DNA of 60,654 nt from a virus (taxonomy: Duplodnaviria > Caudoviricetes). The notes beneath the pieces are model-generated. The model made no database searches and had not been told where the DNA came from. It saw only the letters and a list, made by a program, of their open reading frames with translations. The translations under genes were made by a program, and so were the position numbers. This document shows positions 37,301 to 46,542 of this stretch, piece after piece. Position 1 is the first letter of the stretch; the number at the start of each line of letters is the position of its first letter. The stretch covers positions 1-60,654 of IMG/VR virus record IMGVR_UViG_3300046777_001314; one strand, given 5' to 3'.

Positions 37301-38667
37301 ACTATCAGGTAAACTCTGCAACACCAAGCCAAAGCGTAACAATTGGTGGAGGTTCTGGAGGACTGGCAGTACTTTTAAATCCAGAAACAAATAATGGGTA
37401 TTATTTTGAAATCATTGCTTTGACTGAAAACAACATTGAATCATACTTAAATCTTGACTCACAGCAAAAATCAAATATATCTATTAACAATATTGTTTTT
37501 TATAAAGTTAAAAAAGAAACTTCTTCTTCTAGTGCAATACCAATAAAACTTTGGGGAGGACTTTCTTCAATACTCGTTGATGATGGAAAATTTACTGGCC
37601 AATATAGGATGAACGGGGAATCAAATCCTACGGTCTATGATTTGTCTGTTGAATATGAAAATATTGGAAAAATAAGAAGATTCTATTTATACATTAATAA
37701 CAAATTAATTAAGGTAGTTGACGATAATGATCCTTTGCCAGTTTACAATAACATGGCTTTATTTACTCGTGGTTCATCAAGATGTATGTTTGAGAATGTT
37801 TATGCCTTATGTGCAAATTATTCTCAAAATACTGTATCAACTGTAGCAGAAAAAATTGCTGATGTATTTGGTCAAAATCAGGTTGGTCTTGATGAGTCTT
37901 TTAGAAGATATGCAATGAGCGGTGTTGTACAGTCAACGTACCTATCTGGAATTAGTGCACAACAGCCTCCAAAATATAGTATGTATTTTGAGGAGTTCGG
38001 AACAATTATGCGTGAGTGTGCATATTTTGATATTAAATATGATCGTGCATATCCTGCCTTATATGCAAAACTTTCACCAACATTCAATAGAATAAAAGGA
38101 TATTCTGTTTCGGGATTTTATGCAGACTCATACGGAGCAGAATTTTTAATTTTTAATGCAACGGATAAAGCGCTTGTTCTTGATGAAACAAGCGGTAATT
38201 ATTTAAGAATTCAAGGTATAACTTTTACTCAGGATACTACCCATCAGTTAACTGTGGATGAATACTTTAAGAAACGTGGCAATCTATCCGACCCAGAACT
38301 AAAGGGTACTTCAGTTGTTTACTCACCATTAGTTGAACAACAAAAATATGATGAAATTAAATTAAGTAGATTAACTTATGGTAAAAATGAATTTACAATT
38401 GATACACCTTATATTCAAACAGAAGATGATGCAAATGCGTTAATGAAGTGGATTATTGAAAAATTAATGAAACCTAAAAAATCTGTTGGTTTAAATATTT
38501 TTGCAATACCAACGATTCAACTTGGTGACATTGTTACTGTTGACTATAAAGATAACAATAATGTTGATATGGTTGCTTCAGATACTTCAAGGTTTGTTGT
38601 TTATAATATAGAATATTCAAGAGGTTCAGATGGACCCTCAATGACATTATATTTGAGTGAGGTATAA
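34363..38667 (+). CDS. Large minor tail (hub/tip) protein
   Basis: 1434 aa; AMFFDEYNNF and PTIQLGDIVTV hub-like motifs; GTG start. Confidence 0.65.
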   Translation: MFVNETLKTHFETSSTVRLESLVIAEWNMNMPDNIFKVGNYRYRPTELGSPYSVLVESFDNNDFGNYYTNALESDIIVSNGYTNNDVPQLFLSNKEKNKLFYSLQDCLKPFRPRSGINKPLYFAGKYLANSGKNIAERPRYYMPSRYDQFKYWSSYRTESNKEYGISNNKVENEFYIHDAAPFVVYKNAVPTNRIVVKMQTNVGTVDLGPFQTSTVSLPDPLYGDVNKTTPKKWKIQYLNNNNWVNAYSFDENTLRDNGSSAISSDGYVELEYGAIIPEQYRNIFFHAQIISDTSLLPSQSIVGYTYQVIENEGDAGTFYIWTGENYESFPVVYGWRLGSESINNNTDFVTDFTSPSTYVNYENNSTLYREFVYIEGLRIVIDTMNKFDCTFDLIEMSPRLVANISDKVVDYRVTKVLSDIGSTSLPVGQLLASTGEINIFDEDQAFNYENRNSIISEYVKKNIKFNFYENILDVDNANYYVPIKTLYSDGIPQANNTGASVSIQLRDFYFYFESITAPRLLLTNVSLSYAISLLLDYVGFTNYSFKRLDTENDPIIPYFFVAPDQNLAEVLNQLAVSTQSAMFFDEYNNFIVMSKNYLMPSLDERLTDFTLGGTNNQVDSGIVENQTSGKLPNILQISSKDKKIYNDGKINYTTRYIQRSYGSIRQSSLIDQEKTWIYKPVLLWEVAGTENTKTVNELAAKQGNYVLGAIPINSELSDQLPTVVKNELTNNILDLGENVYWLTRYQGYFYSNGEIIRYDAAQFNITGVGNVWISDNQEYQSYFSSLPFNGKIYPTGLVRIYATPYYETVGGITRLKNGEVESHGRGQFGTNVTTHSSGLSSYWSDNANVRGCDMKAQYLFTTELDPTIPATEIGQAGINNTTSRLTSRNGVIKNFMAVSNKTETDINSFKSTQTGTIQSSALVINGPSFKTNEVPLNFVSYVYKDLDNAYKHFGTRMRIVGKVENNTDRFQTPTGSTSYYQVNSATPSQSVTIGGGSGGLAVLLNPETNNGYYFEIIALTENNIESYLNLDSQQKSNISINNIVFYKVKKETSSSSAIPIKLWGGLSSILVDDGKFTGQYRMNGESNPTVYDLSVEYENIGKIRRFYLYINNKLIKVVDDNDPLPVYNNMALFTRGSSRCMFENVYALCANYSQNTVSTVAEKIADVFGQNQVGLDESFRRYAMSGVVQSTYLSGISAQQPPKYSMYFEEFGTIMRECAYFDIKYDRAYPALYAKLSPTFNRIKGYSVSGFYADSYGAEFLIFNATDKALVLDETSGNYLRIQGITFTQDTTHQLTVDEYFKKRGNLSDPELKGTSVVYSPLVEQQKYDEIKLSRLTYGKNEFTIDTPYIQTEDDANALMKWIIEKLMKPKKSVGLNIFAIPTIQLGDIVTVDYKDNNNVDMVASDTSRFVVYNIEYSRGSDGPSMTLYLSEV

Positions 38668-38671
38668 TTAT

Positions 38672-39466
38672 ATGTATAGTTCAAGAATGATGACAGACGG
38701 AGGAGACGATTCAGACGCAAGAATGCTTAGAAGGGTTAAAGGTGTTTCTGCAGAAGAAACGGCAGTTAAAAATGCACTTGCTGCAGTTGAAGCGGATACT
38801 GGAGTAGAAAAAGCATTAAGTATTGCAAGAGCATATTCTGTTGCAGACTGGAGAAAAGCAGAAGAAGCATCAAATAAAACTGGACCAATACAGTCACCAC
38901 CATCTACAATTAATCCAGTTCCAGTAAAAAATATAGTTGCACAAAATCAATATACTCAGTCTCCATCAGTATCAGTTGCAGCAACTCCATTAACTCCTGC
39001 CCCAGTAAATAACTTTGCTTCATCAATAGCAAAAACAGTTACAAATCCAATTAAAACAGCAACACCAGATATTGTATTATTTGATGATTCTGCCGTACCA
39101 GTAGAAATTATGGCAGATCTTGTATTTGAAGATATAGGTGGACAAGAACTAATTAATATTGCAAGAAACGATACTATTAATGGTCAAAAAATTATTTATC
39201 AGCCAATTAAAAACATTGACTCAATTAACCAACAGTATAACCCAAACAATATTATTGGTATTCAAAAAACATCAGATAAATACTTTAGTGGTTTTGCAAT
39301 AAAGTTTGATCAGACTGTTCCGATCAATCCAAGTTCTTTAGACAACAATCCAGTCTACATGGACGCATCTGGCAATATTGTGGTTGAAAGCATTAACCTA
39401 AAGGCCGATGAGCAGTTAGAAATACAAATAGCCATAGATGGTACAATATATGAGACGGAGATATAA
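38672..39466 (+). CDS. Minor tail protein with a low-complexity N-terminal half
   Basis: P/T/S/A-rich linker then a globular C-terminal region; SD GAGG before ATG 38672. Confidence 0.55.
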   Translation: MYSSRMMTDGGDDSDARMLRRVKGVSAEETAVKNALAAVEADTGVEKALSIARAYSVADWRKAEEASNKTGPIQSPPSTINPVPVKNIVAQNQYTQSPSVSVAATPLTPAPVNNFASSIAKTVTNPIKTATPDIVLFDDSAVPVEIMADLVFEDIGGQELINIARNDTINGQKIIYQPIKNIDSINQQYNPNNIIGIQKTSDKYFSGFAIKFDQTVPINPSSLDNNPVYMDASGNIVVESINLKADEQLEIQIAIDGTIYETEI

Positions 39467-40806
39467 TGATAACTAATACTGGAAAAAATATTATTGCAAA
39501 GTACCTACTTGGACAAGCACCCTCTTTTGCCTCTTATATAGCCATTGGTAGCGGTTCTAAGCCACTTTTATCAACAGACCCATATGGAGACTACTCCTCA
39601 TATAAAACTCTTGATTTTGAAATGTTTAGGGTTCCTATATCCTCAAGAGGATTTGTTAATGAGGACAATGTTTCTAAGTTGGTTTTGACGGCAGAACTTC
39701 CAACAGAAGAAAGGTATGAGATTTCTGAGATTGGTATTTTTTCTGCGGGATCAAATTCAGCAGCAGGAGCATATGACAGCAGAACTATACTTTCATTTAC
39801 TCAGGCAGAAAATTGGCAGTATCACACATCAACAGAAACAACTGCTATTAGCACAGTAACTCAAGCACTAGATTCTCCAAATGACGATAATGTTATTTCA
39901 GTTATTGATCCCGTTTTTCAAGCAAATTCTGATAACAGTATTTTTTATAAAGAGTCTCGTGCAAATCGTTATGAAAGATGCAGGTTTTTAAATAATACAA
40001 TTATAATCAATGGCGCAGATGCAAACTTAACAAAAGAAACAAACATAACTGACGCATCTGGTGATGGAACAAGAATTTTGTACACAACAGAAAGAAACCA
40101 CAATTTAAAGGTTGGCGACACAGTAACTGTTACTGGAATAGATCCAGTTAATTATAATATAACTGGACTAGTAAACACTGTTCCTTCAGCAACAACATTT
40201 TCTTTATTGAGTGATCAAATAGGATCTTTTGTTTCTGGGGGATCAACTACAGTAAATCACTTTTATGTGGAGGATGGATCAAACCACATTCATTTAAGTG
40301 GAATACAGACAGACTTTTCTAAAAATTCACCAATTGATGAATTAAAGTTAGCATTTTCTGTTATTAATAAAAATGGTTCTTCTGCATCATCACCAGATAC
40401 CGTTAGAGTTTTAGTTGAGTTTGCTGAGGCTGATTCTCCAAATGTAGAGTACGCTAGATTTGAAGCAGATCTTATAAAAGGAACAGACCCAGGTGAGTAT
40501 GATCTTGTAAATAATCGTTATTGGGTAATCACAAAACAACTTCAAGAACTTTTTACTACTTCTAATTTTTCTTGGAACCTAGTTAATGTAGTAAAAATTT
40601 ATGTGACAACAATTGTTGGAGGAGCCCCATCATCTGATTATTATGTTTCTCTTGATGCAATGAGACTAGAAAATGTTGCTACGGAAAATGCACTATACGG
40701 GCTAACTGGTTATTCAGTAATAAAAAATACAGATGCGGTTACAATCATTAAATCTCCAAACACAACAAACTATATAGAGTTTAGGTTTTCAATAGGTGTT
40801 TCATAA
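39466..40806 (+). CDS. Minor tail protein (tail-collar-like N-terminus, small beta-barrel insert)
   Basis: MITNTGKNII...YIAIGSG...ISEIGIF; HNLKVGDTVTVTG insert. Confidence 0.55.
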   Translation: MITNTGKNIIAKYLLGQAPSFASYIAIGSGSKPLLSTDPYGDYSSYKTLDFEMFRVPISSRGFVNEDNVSKLVLTAELPTEERYEISEIGIFSAGSNSAAGAYDSRTILSFTQAENWQYHTSTETTAISTVTQALDSPNDDNVISVIDPVFQANSDNSIFYKESRANRYERCRFLNNTIIINGADANLTKETNITDASGDGTRILYTTERNHNLKVGDTVTVTGIDPVNYNITGLVNTVPSATTFSLLSDQIGSFVSGGSTTVNHFYVEDGSNHIHLSGIQTDFSKNSPIDELKLAFSVINKNGSSASSPDTVRVLVEFAEADSPNVEYARFEADLIKGTDPGEYDLVNNRYWVITKQLQELFTTSNFSWNLVNVVKIYVTTIVGGAPSSDYYVSLDAMRLENVATENALYGLTGYSVIKNTDAVTIIKSPNTTNYIEFRFSIGVS

Positions 40807-41306
40807 TGGTAGACCCTGGAATAAAAAAATCTATAGTATTAAACTCTGAGTTACCATCAATAAACTCTGAACTAAACGGGTATGAGGTAAGATATAGGGT
40901 TATATCTGAAGATAAAAACAGAACTTCTCATTGGTCTCCAGTATACTTAGTTTTGCCAAATTTTACATATCAGCCAGGCGCAATTAGTTTTAATAAAAAT
41001 GGGTCAATAGCATCATTTTCTTGGGACAATGTTCCAATATATAAAGATTCAGTTTATATAAGACAGGCACACGAATATGATATTTGGGTTCAATGGGATA
41101 AAAATGATGGCGGAGATTGGTCATATAAGCAAAGAATTGATGGAACAAGCATTTCTTTTCCAATTCCAGATACATATACAATAAATGGGGTTGTGCAGAG
41201 TTCACAACCAAATCAAGTCTCATTAGAGGTATACCTAAAGGGAAGCCCAATAACAAGAGATTTTTCTAATTTGTTGGTTTATCAAAGCGGACCACACACG
41301 ATCTAA
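40806..41306 (+). CDS. Minor tail protein (FN3-like)
   Basis: YEVRYRVISEDKNRTSHWS pattern; tail cluster context. Confidence 0.5.
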   Translation: MVDPGIKKSIVLNSELPSINSELNGYEVRYRVISEDKNRTSHWSPVYLVLPNFTYQPGAISFNKNGSIASFSWDNVPIYKDSVYIRQAHEYDIWVQWDKNDGGDWSYKQRIDGTSISFPIPDTYTINGVVQSSQPNQVSLEVYLKGSPITRDFSNLLVYQSGPHTI

Positions 41307-41315
41307 TGATATAAT
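41307..41315 (+). promoter_or_regulatory. Extended -10 promoter TGATATAAT
   Basis: Immediately after stop 41306, before ATG 41325. Confidence 0.6.
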
Positions 41316-41324
41316 GGAGAGATA

Positions 41325-41765
41325 ATGGCTAAAGTACCACTACCCGAAAGAGGGCAACCGCTAGATGTAACATACATCTATCAAATGGCAGAAACAATTA
41401 ATGAGTTGGCAACTCAGGTATCTTCTGCTACATATAACTATACAACCATCAACAATGGTATATCTGGACCTCAAAGCGTAAAAACATCAGAAACCAAGAT
41501 TGTTGGTGGATATGTACAGGTTGCAAACAATGCTACTGTAACTGCAGCATCTGAAGTTTCATTTTCTTATACCTTTGATGACTTTAAGTATTCTCCAATT
41601 GTTTCGGCAACACCGTACAACATTGGAAATACACCTGCTGGACAAAATGTATCTGTTATTTTAAAAACAGTAACTACTAGCAAGGTTGAAGGCGTTGTAA
41701 GATTTGGTGCGTCTGGAGATCTTTCTTTAGCGGTACACCTAATTATTATTGGCATACCAAACTAA
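41325..41765 (+). CDS. Small tail-tip/fibre-like protein
   Basis: F..DFKYSPIVSAT...IIIG C-terminal beta domain typical of fibre tips. Confidence 0.5.
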   Translation: MAKVPLPERGQPLDVTYIYQMAETINELATQVSSATYNYTTINNGISGPQSVKTSETKIVGGYVQVANNATVTAASEVSFSYTFDDFKYSPIVSATPYNIGNTPAGQNVSVILKTVTTSKVEGVVRFGASGDLSLAVHLIIIGIPN

Positions 41766-41783
41766 AGAATAAAAGGGTAGAGA

Positions 41784-41975
41784 ATGATTAATTGCAAAAG
41801 ATGCAAGGGTAGAATTTTTATTGATAGACAATATAATTCTCAAATGCACATTGAGACTTACTGTGTACGTTGTGGGGAAAGAAAATTTTATCATCCCCCG
41901 CAAGAAAGCAGGGAGGGCAGATGGCTACTGCTAAACGAAAAATACAGAGCGAAGAATACAATAACGAGTCTGTAA
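41784..41975 (+). CDS. Small zinc-ribbon protein
   Basis: CKRCKG...YCVRCG. Confidence 0.6.
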   Translation: MINCKRCKGRIFIDRQYNSQMHIETYCVRCGERKFYHPPQESREGRWLLLNEKYRAKNTITSL

Positions 41976-42463
41976 TAAAGGGAAACCAAAATGTTTGGTT
42001 TTTGAATGGTGATTTAGTTAGAATACATCATAGTTCAAGATCAACAGGAATGGTTTCTGTTTATAATATTACAAAGGATAGATTTGAAACTTGCCTACGC
42101 ACTGATTTTAGACGTAATAGAGAAAGAGCATATACTATAGCAGAAACGGCTATTCTTGTCAATAGGCATAGAAAGTATTTACCAAGATTAATTAAGTCAG
42201 GAACAATCCCTGCACCAACTGGATCAAGAAAAGGCGGGGAACCAGGATGGCAAGTAAGAGCATATTACTCAGAGTCGCAAGTAAAAGAGATACGTGCTAT
42301 ACTTGCAAGTATACATATTGGACAACCAAGAAAAGACAAATTAATAACAAATAACATGACTCCTACTAGTCAAGAATTGACAAGACGAATGGGAGACGGT
42401 ATACTTACATATACGAAGACAGAAGATGGAAGATTTATTCCAACTTGGTCAGAGAGCATTTAA
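41921..42463 (+). CDS. MerR/excisionase-like HTH DNA-binding protein
   Basis: YTIAETAILVNRHRKYL..LIKSGTIPAP...RAYYSESQV; SD GGAGGG before ATG 41921. Confidence 0.65.
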   Translation: MATAKRKIQSEEYNNESVIKGNQNVWFLNGDLVRIHHSSRSTGMVSVYNITKDRFETCLRTDFRRNRERAYTIAETAILVNRHRKYLPRLIKSGTIPAPTGSRKGGEPGWQVRAYYSESQVKEIRAILASIHIGQPRKDKLITNNMTPTSQELTRRMGDGILTYTKTEDGRFIPTWSESI

Positions 42464-42481
42464 AATAGGAATGGGTGGGGA

Positions 42482-42691
42482 ATGGAAAACGATTCAACAA
42501 AGGTAAACGTAACACTTGGATATACTCTTAATCTGGGAAACTTCCAGTCACTAAGACTTGATCTAGGGATTATTGATTCAAAGCGTGATGGCGAAAATAT
42601 TGAACAGGCTTTTGATCGTGTCTATAAGTTTGTAGAAGATAAACTTACAGAGAAGATTAAGGAAGCACAAGAAGAGGCTTCTGAAGGATAA
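42482..42691 (+). CDS. Hypothetical protein
   Basis: 69 aa, VTLGYTLNLGNFQSLRLD. Confidence 0.6.
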   Translation: MENDSTKVNVTLGYTLNLGNFQSLRLDLGIIDSKRDGENIEQAFDRVYKFVEDKLTEKIKEAQEEASEG

Positions 42692-42999
42692 TGGCAGAAC
42701 GCAAAGACCGAATGGCTTTGCTCAGTCGCTATAACAAATTTTACACGCAACGATATGAGCGTAAGTCCAACATCAATCTAAATGTTGAACAGTGGGCAGC
42801 AGATGCCTTAGTAGAATCATATGGTATTTCGCAATGCTATGATTTGCTAGAGTATTATTTTAGTATTGCACAAGAACCCTCATGGAATTATTTTGCTTAC
42901 AATGCAGAGAAAATTCTTAATGGTAAACTAGAAGTAGAAGAAGATATCAAACAAAGAGCAGAACTAAGAAAGAAAGCAAAGGAGTGGCTGAGTGAATAA
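42691..42999 (+). CDS. Hypothetical protein upstream of the helicase
   Basis: 102 aa, overlaps its neighbours on both sides. Confidence 0.6.
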   Translation: MAERKDRMALLSRYNKFYTQRYERKSNINLNVEQWAADALVESYGISQCYDLLEYYFSIAQEPSWNYFAYNAEKILNGKLEVEEDIKQRAELRKKAKEWLSE

Positions 43000-44212
43000 T
43001 ACAGAAGCAAAGGTTATCTCCGCAGTTTTAGCAGATAAGCAACTACATGTTTTGTTGCAGGCAAATGTAGAAACATTGCTTCGTACACATAATGACGTGT
43101 GGAATTTTATTAGACTGTATGCTGAAAATAATGGAACAGTTCCTCCAACTTCCCTGGTTGTAGAAAAGTTTAGAGACTTTCAACCAGTACAAAACGTCGG
43201 CGCAACTAAGCATCATCTTGAAGAACTTCAAACAGAATATCTAAATGATAGTCTTAAAGATATTCTTAGGTCTGCAGCAGGTGAAGTTCAAAATGGTCAA
43301 GGATCAGTAGCGCTTGAAGAACTTATTACAAAAACATCACAGTTAAAGAAAAATACTTCAGCAATTCGTGATATTGATGCAACAGATATTGATTCTGCTA
43401 TTTCATACTTTGAGCAAGTAAAAGAACAGCAGGCATTGGGTCATAGAGGAATTAAAACAGGTTTGCCAGGATTTGACAACTACCTACCATCTGGAATTAT
43501 GCCAGGGCAGTTAGGAGTTTTTCTAGCATACCCAGGTATCGGAAAGTCATGGATGGCCCTATACTTTGCTGTGCAAGCATGGAAACAGGGTAAGACACCA
43601 CTTATTATTTCTCTTGAAATGAGTGAAACAGAAGTTCGTAACCGTGTGTTTACAATTATGGGTGAAGGTCTTTGGTCACATCGTAAACTTTCAAATGGTG
43701 AAGTAGAACTTGACATGATGAAGAAATGGCATACAGACAGAATTGAGGGTCGTCCACAGTTCCACATCATATCTAACGATTCTGGCGGTGAGGTAACACC
43801 TTCTGTAATTCGTGGAAAGATTGATCAATATAAACCAGACTTTGTTGTAGTAGATTACCTTCAGTTGATGAATCCAAATCAAAAGGCTGATAATGAAACG
43901 GTAAAGATGAAGAATCTTTCTCGTGAACTTAAACTTATGGCTATTAGTGAAGAAGTACCTATTATTGCTATCTCTTCTGCAACACCAGATGATGTTAAAG
44001 ATCTTTCTACAGTTCCTACTCTTGCACAAACTGCGTGGTCAAGACAGATTGCATATGATGCTGACTGGGTACTAGCCCTTGGTCGTGCTACCAATAGTGA
44101 CATTATTGAATGTGCATTTAGAAAAAATCGTAATGGTTTTATGGGTGATTTTTTGGTTCAATGTGACTTTGATAAAGGTTACTACAGATATAAAGATTTT
44201 GAGGATAAATAA
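42992..44212 (+). CDS. dnaB: Replicative DNA helicase (DnaB family)
   Basis: GIKTG, Walker A AYPGIGKS, ISLEMS, VVVDYLQLM, DADWVL, KNRNG. Confidence 0.93.
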   Translation: MNNTEAKVISAVLADKQLHVLLQANVETLLRTHNDVWNFIRLYAENNGTVPPTSLVVEKFRDFQPVQNVGATKHHLEELQTEYLNDSLKDILRSAAGEVQNGQGSVALEELITKTSQLKKNTSAIRDIDATDIDSAISYFEQVKEQQALGHRGIKTGLPGFDNYLPSGIMPGQLGVFLAYPGIGKSWMALYFAVQAWKQGKTPLIISLEMSETEVRNRVFTIMGEGLWSHRKLSNGEVELDMMKKWHTDRIEGRPQFHIISNDSGGEVTPSVIRGKIDQYKPDFVVVDYLQLMNPNQKADNETVKMKNLSRELKLMAISEEVPIIAISSATPDDVKDLSTVPTLAQTAWSRQIAYDADWVLALGRATNSDIIECAFRKNRNGFMGDFLVQCDFDKGYYRYKDFEDK

Positions 44213-44943
44213 TGAAACCAAAAAAAATAATCTTTACTCCAACTCAAAAGGTTGTAGAACAAAATTTAGACATTCCAAAGCCATCTACAAACCATGTTCC
44301 AGAATGGTACAGAAATCAAAAACTATTTTCTAATAAAACAAATAATTTTGTAGATGCCTATGGATCAAATGATTATTTTGGTACATATAAACTTTGCGTA
44401 CCTTTTGTTGACACAGTGATTTCTGGATACACCATCTCTTTAGATTGTGATGTTATTATTAATAATGGTGTAAATCAAGGATATCTTCCAAGACCATCTT
44501 GGATGGGATTGTTGCCACCACTAGATGTTCCAGATGGTGATAGAATTAAAAGTATTGGAAACTACCCTGTTCCACTGGGATATAGCCCAATGCTTCTTAG
44601 GTGGCATTGCCATTGGCAAATAAAGACACCAAAGGATTATAGTTTATGGATAACTCATCCATCTCATAGACATGATCTTCCATTCTTTACAATAAATGGT
44701 TTTGTTGATACAGATAAACATGAAAATAGTTTAAACTTACCGTTTTTTATTAAAGCAGGATTTGAGGGTGTAATTGAAAAAGGAACTCCTATTGCTCAAA
44801 TTATTCCAATAAAAAGAGATAACTGGGAATCAGAAAAAGGAACATACAATCAACAAGAAGTTGAAAATAGTTTTTATAGACTTAAAAGATATGCAGTAAG
44901 ATCATATAAAAATCAATGGTGGACAAGAAAGAGTTATAAGTGA
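44212..44943 (+). CDS. Hypothetical protein (DUF6065-like, possibly dUTPase-like beta fold)
   Basis: PEWY, TYKLCVPF.D...GY, IKTPKDYS, GFVDTD, IEKGTPIAQIIP. Confidence 0.5.
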   Translation: MKPKKIIFTPTQKVVEQNLDIPKPSTNHVPEWYRNQKLFSNKTNNFVDAYGSNDYFGTYKLCVPFVDTVISGYTISLDCDVIINNGVNQGYLPRPSWMGLLPPLDVPDGDRIKSIGNYPVPLGYSPMLLRWHCHWQIKTPKDYSLWITHPSHRHDLPFFTINGFVDTDKHENSLNLPFFIKAGFEGVIEKGTPIAQIIPIKRDNWESEKGTYNQQEVENSFYRLKRYAVRSYKNQWWTRKSYK

Positions 44944-45854
44944 CATATTCAGAAGAGCAGATACGTCGTGTTCTTAATGGAGCAGGCATTGATATTGAGG
45001 CAGAGTTTGGTTCAGACTTTATTATTTTTTGCCCGTATCACAATAATAACAGAACGCCTGCAGGTGAAGTATCTAAAGATTCTGGATTATTCTTTTGCTT
45101 TGGTTGTCAAGTAACTAAGAACCTAACTGAGTTGATTATGTTTATGTCAAATAGAACATACTTTGAAGCAGTACGATACATTAAAAGCAAAGAGCAGGAG
45201 TCAAATATATCTTCTGTGGTTGATAAAGCATTATATGCTCCTGCTGATTTTGTTCAGTATGACGAACTACTGATTAAGAGATTAAATAATCAAGCACTTG
45301 AATCACCAAGAGCAATGAGGTATTTTGAAGGTCGTAGCATCACAAAAGAATCTGTGATAAAATTTAACTTGGGATATTCTGAAAAGCAAGACTCTGTAAC
45401 TATACCAATGGCAACCCCTGATGGAATGTGCATTGGATTTGTTGCTAGAACTGTTGAAGGTAAAGAATTTAAGAATACACCAGGGTTACCAAAAAGTAAG
45501 ATTTTGTTTAACTTGCATAGAGTTAAAACATCAACAACAGTCTATGTAGTTGAATCATCATTTGATGCTATTAGACTTGATCAAGTAGGTTTCCCAGCAG
45601 TTGCAACACTGGGGGCTAATGTATCTGTATCACAGATTAAACTATTAGCAAAGTACTTCAATAATGTTGTACTTGTTGCAGACAACGATGAGGCTGGCTC
45701 TATCATGAAAGATAAACTGCTTGAAAAACTAGGCCATCTCGTCACAGTAATACAGTTAGACAAAAAATATAAAGATATAGGCGATATGGATGATGAAGCG
45801 ATTAAAAAGTTGGAGTTCCAATTTGACAATTCAATCATCGCCATGCTAAAATAA
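44940..45854 (+). CDS. dnaG: DNA primase (CHC2 zinc finger + TOPRIM)
   Basis: CPYH...CFGC; VYVVESSFDA; ADNDEAG; KDIGD. Confidence 0.9.
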   Translation: MTYSEEQIRRVLNGAGIDIEAEFGSDFIIFCPYHNNNRTPAGEVSKDSGLFFCFGCQVTKNLTELIMFMSNRTYFEAVRYIKSKEQESNISSVVDKALYAPADFVQYDELLIKRLNNQALESPRAMRYFEGRSITKESVIKFNLGYSEKQDSVTIPMATPDGMCIGFVARTVEGKEFKNTPGLPKSKILFNLHRVKTSTTVYVVESSFDAIRLDQVGFPAVATLGANVSVSQIKLLAKYFNNVVLVADNDEAGSIMKDKLLEKLGHLVTVIQLDKKYKDIGDMDDEAIKKLEFQFDNSIIAMLK

Positions 45855-45881
45855 AAACATAACAAAAATATAGGAGAAAAA

Positions 45882-46535
45882 ATGGCTATCGTAAAGGGAC
45901 TAAAAAATATCAACGCATTGGTAGATAAGCCCAAGTATGAAGGTAACGGAACAAAGGTTCGCTGGCTTAAGTTGGCTGACGGACAATCAGTAAAGATCCG
46001 CTTTATTGAAGAACTAGACGAAGATTCAGCAAACTATAATGCAGACCGTGGTCTTGCACTTGTAGTTTCAGAACATACAAATCCAAAGGACTATAAGCGT
46101 AAGGCTGTAGATACAATGGATACAGAGGGCCGTGACTGGGCTGAAGAAATGCACCGCAAGGATCCAAAGGCTGGTTGGAGAGCACGTCTTCGTTTCTATT
46201 GCAATGTACTTGTAGATGATGGCATTGAGGCACCATATGTGGCTATCTGGTCAATGGGTGTTAGCAAGCAGTCTGCATTTAATACTATTCGTGAATACGC
46301 TCTTGAAACAGGAAGTATTTCAAATCTTACTTGGAAGGTAAAGCGAAATGGTCAGGGAACTGAAACATCTTATACTCTTATTCCAGGTACTCCAGATAAG
46401 GAACCATTTGATTGGTCATCTGTTGAACCATTCCCACTAGAGAAGGCACTCAACAAGATTCCTTATGCTGAACAAGAAGCCTTTTATCTAGGCTTTGATA
46501 CACCTAATGCTGCTTCATCAAACATGGACTGGTAA
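45882..46535 (+). CDS. Single-stranded DNA-binding protein (gp32-like)
   Basis: WLKLADGQSVKIRF, KRNGQGTETSYTL, C-terminal DW; between primase and polymerase. Confidence 0.7.
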   Translation: MAIVKGLKNINALVDKPKYEGNGTKVRWLKLADGQSVKIRFIEELDEDSANYNADRGLALVVSEHTNPKDYKRKAVDTMDTEGRDWAEEMHRKDPKAGWRARLRFYCNVLVDDGIEAPYVAIWSMGVSKQSAFNTIREYALETGSISNLTWKVKRNGQGTETSYTLIPGTPDKEPFDWSSVEPFPLEKALNKIPYAEQEAFYLGFDTPNAASSNMDW

Positions 46536-46542
46536 TTAATAG

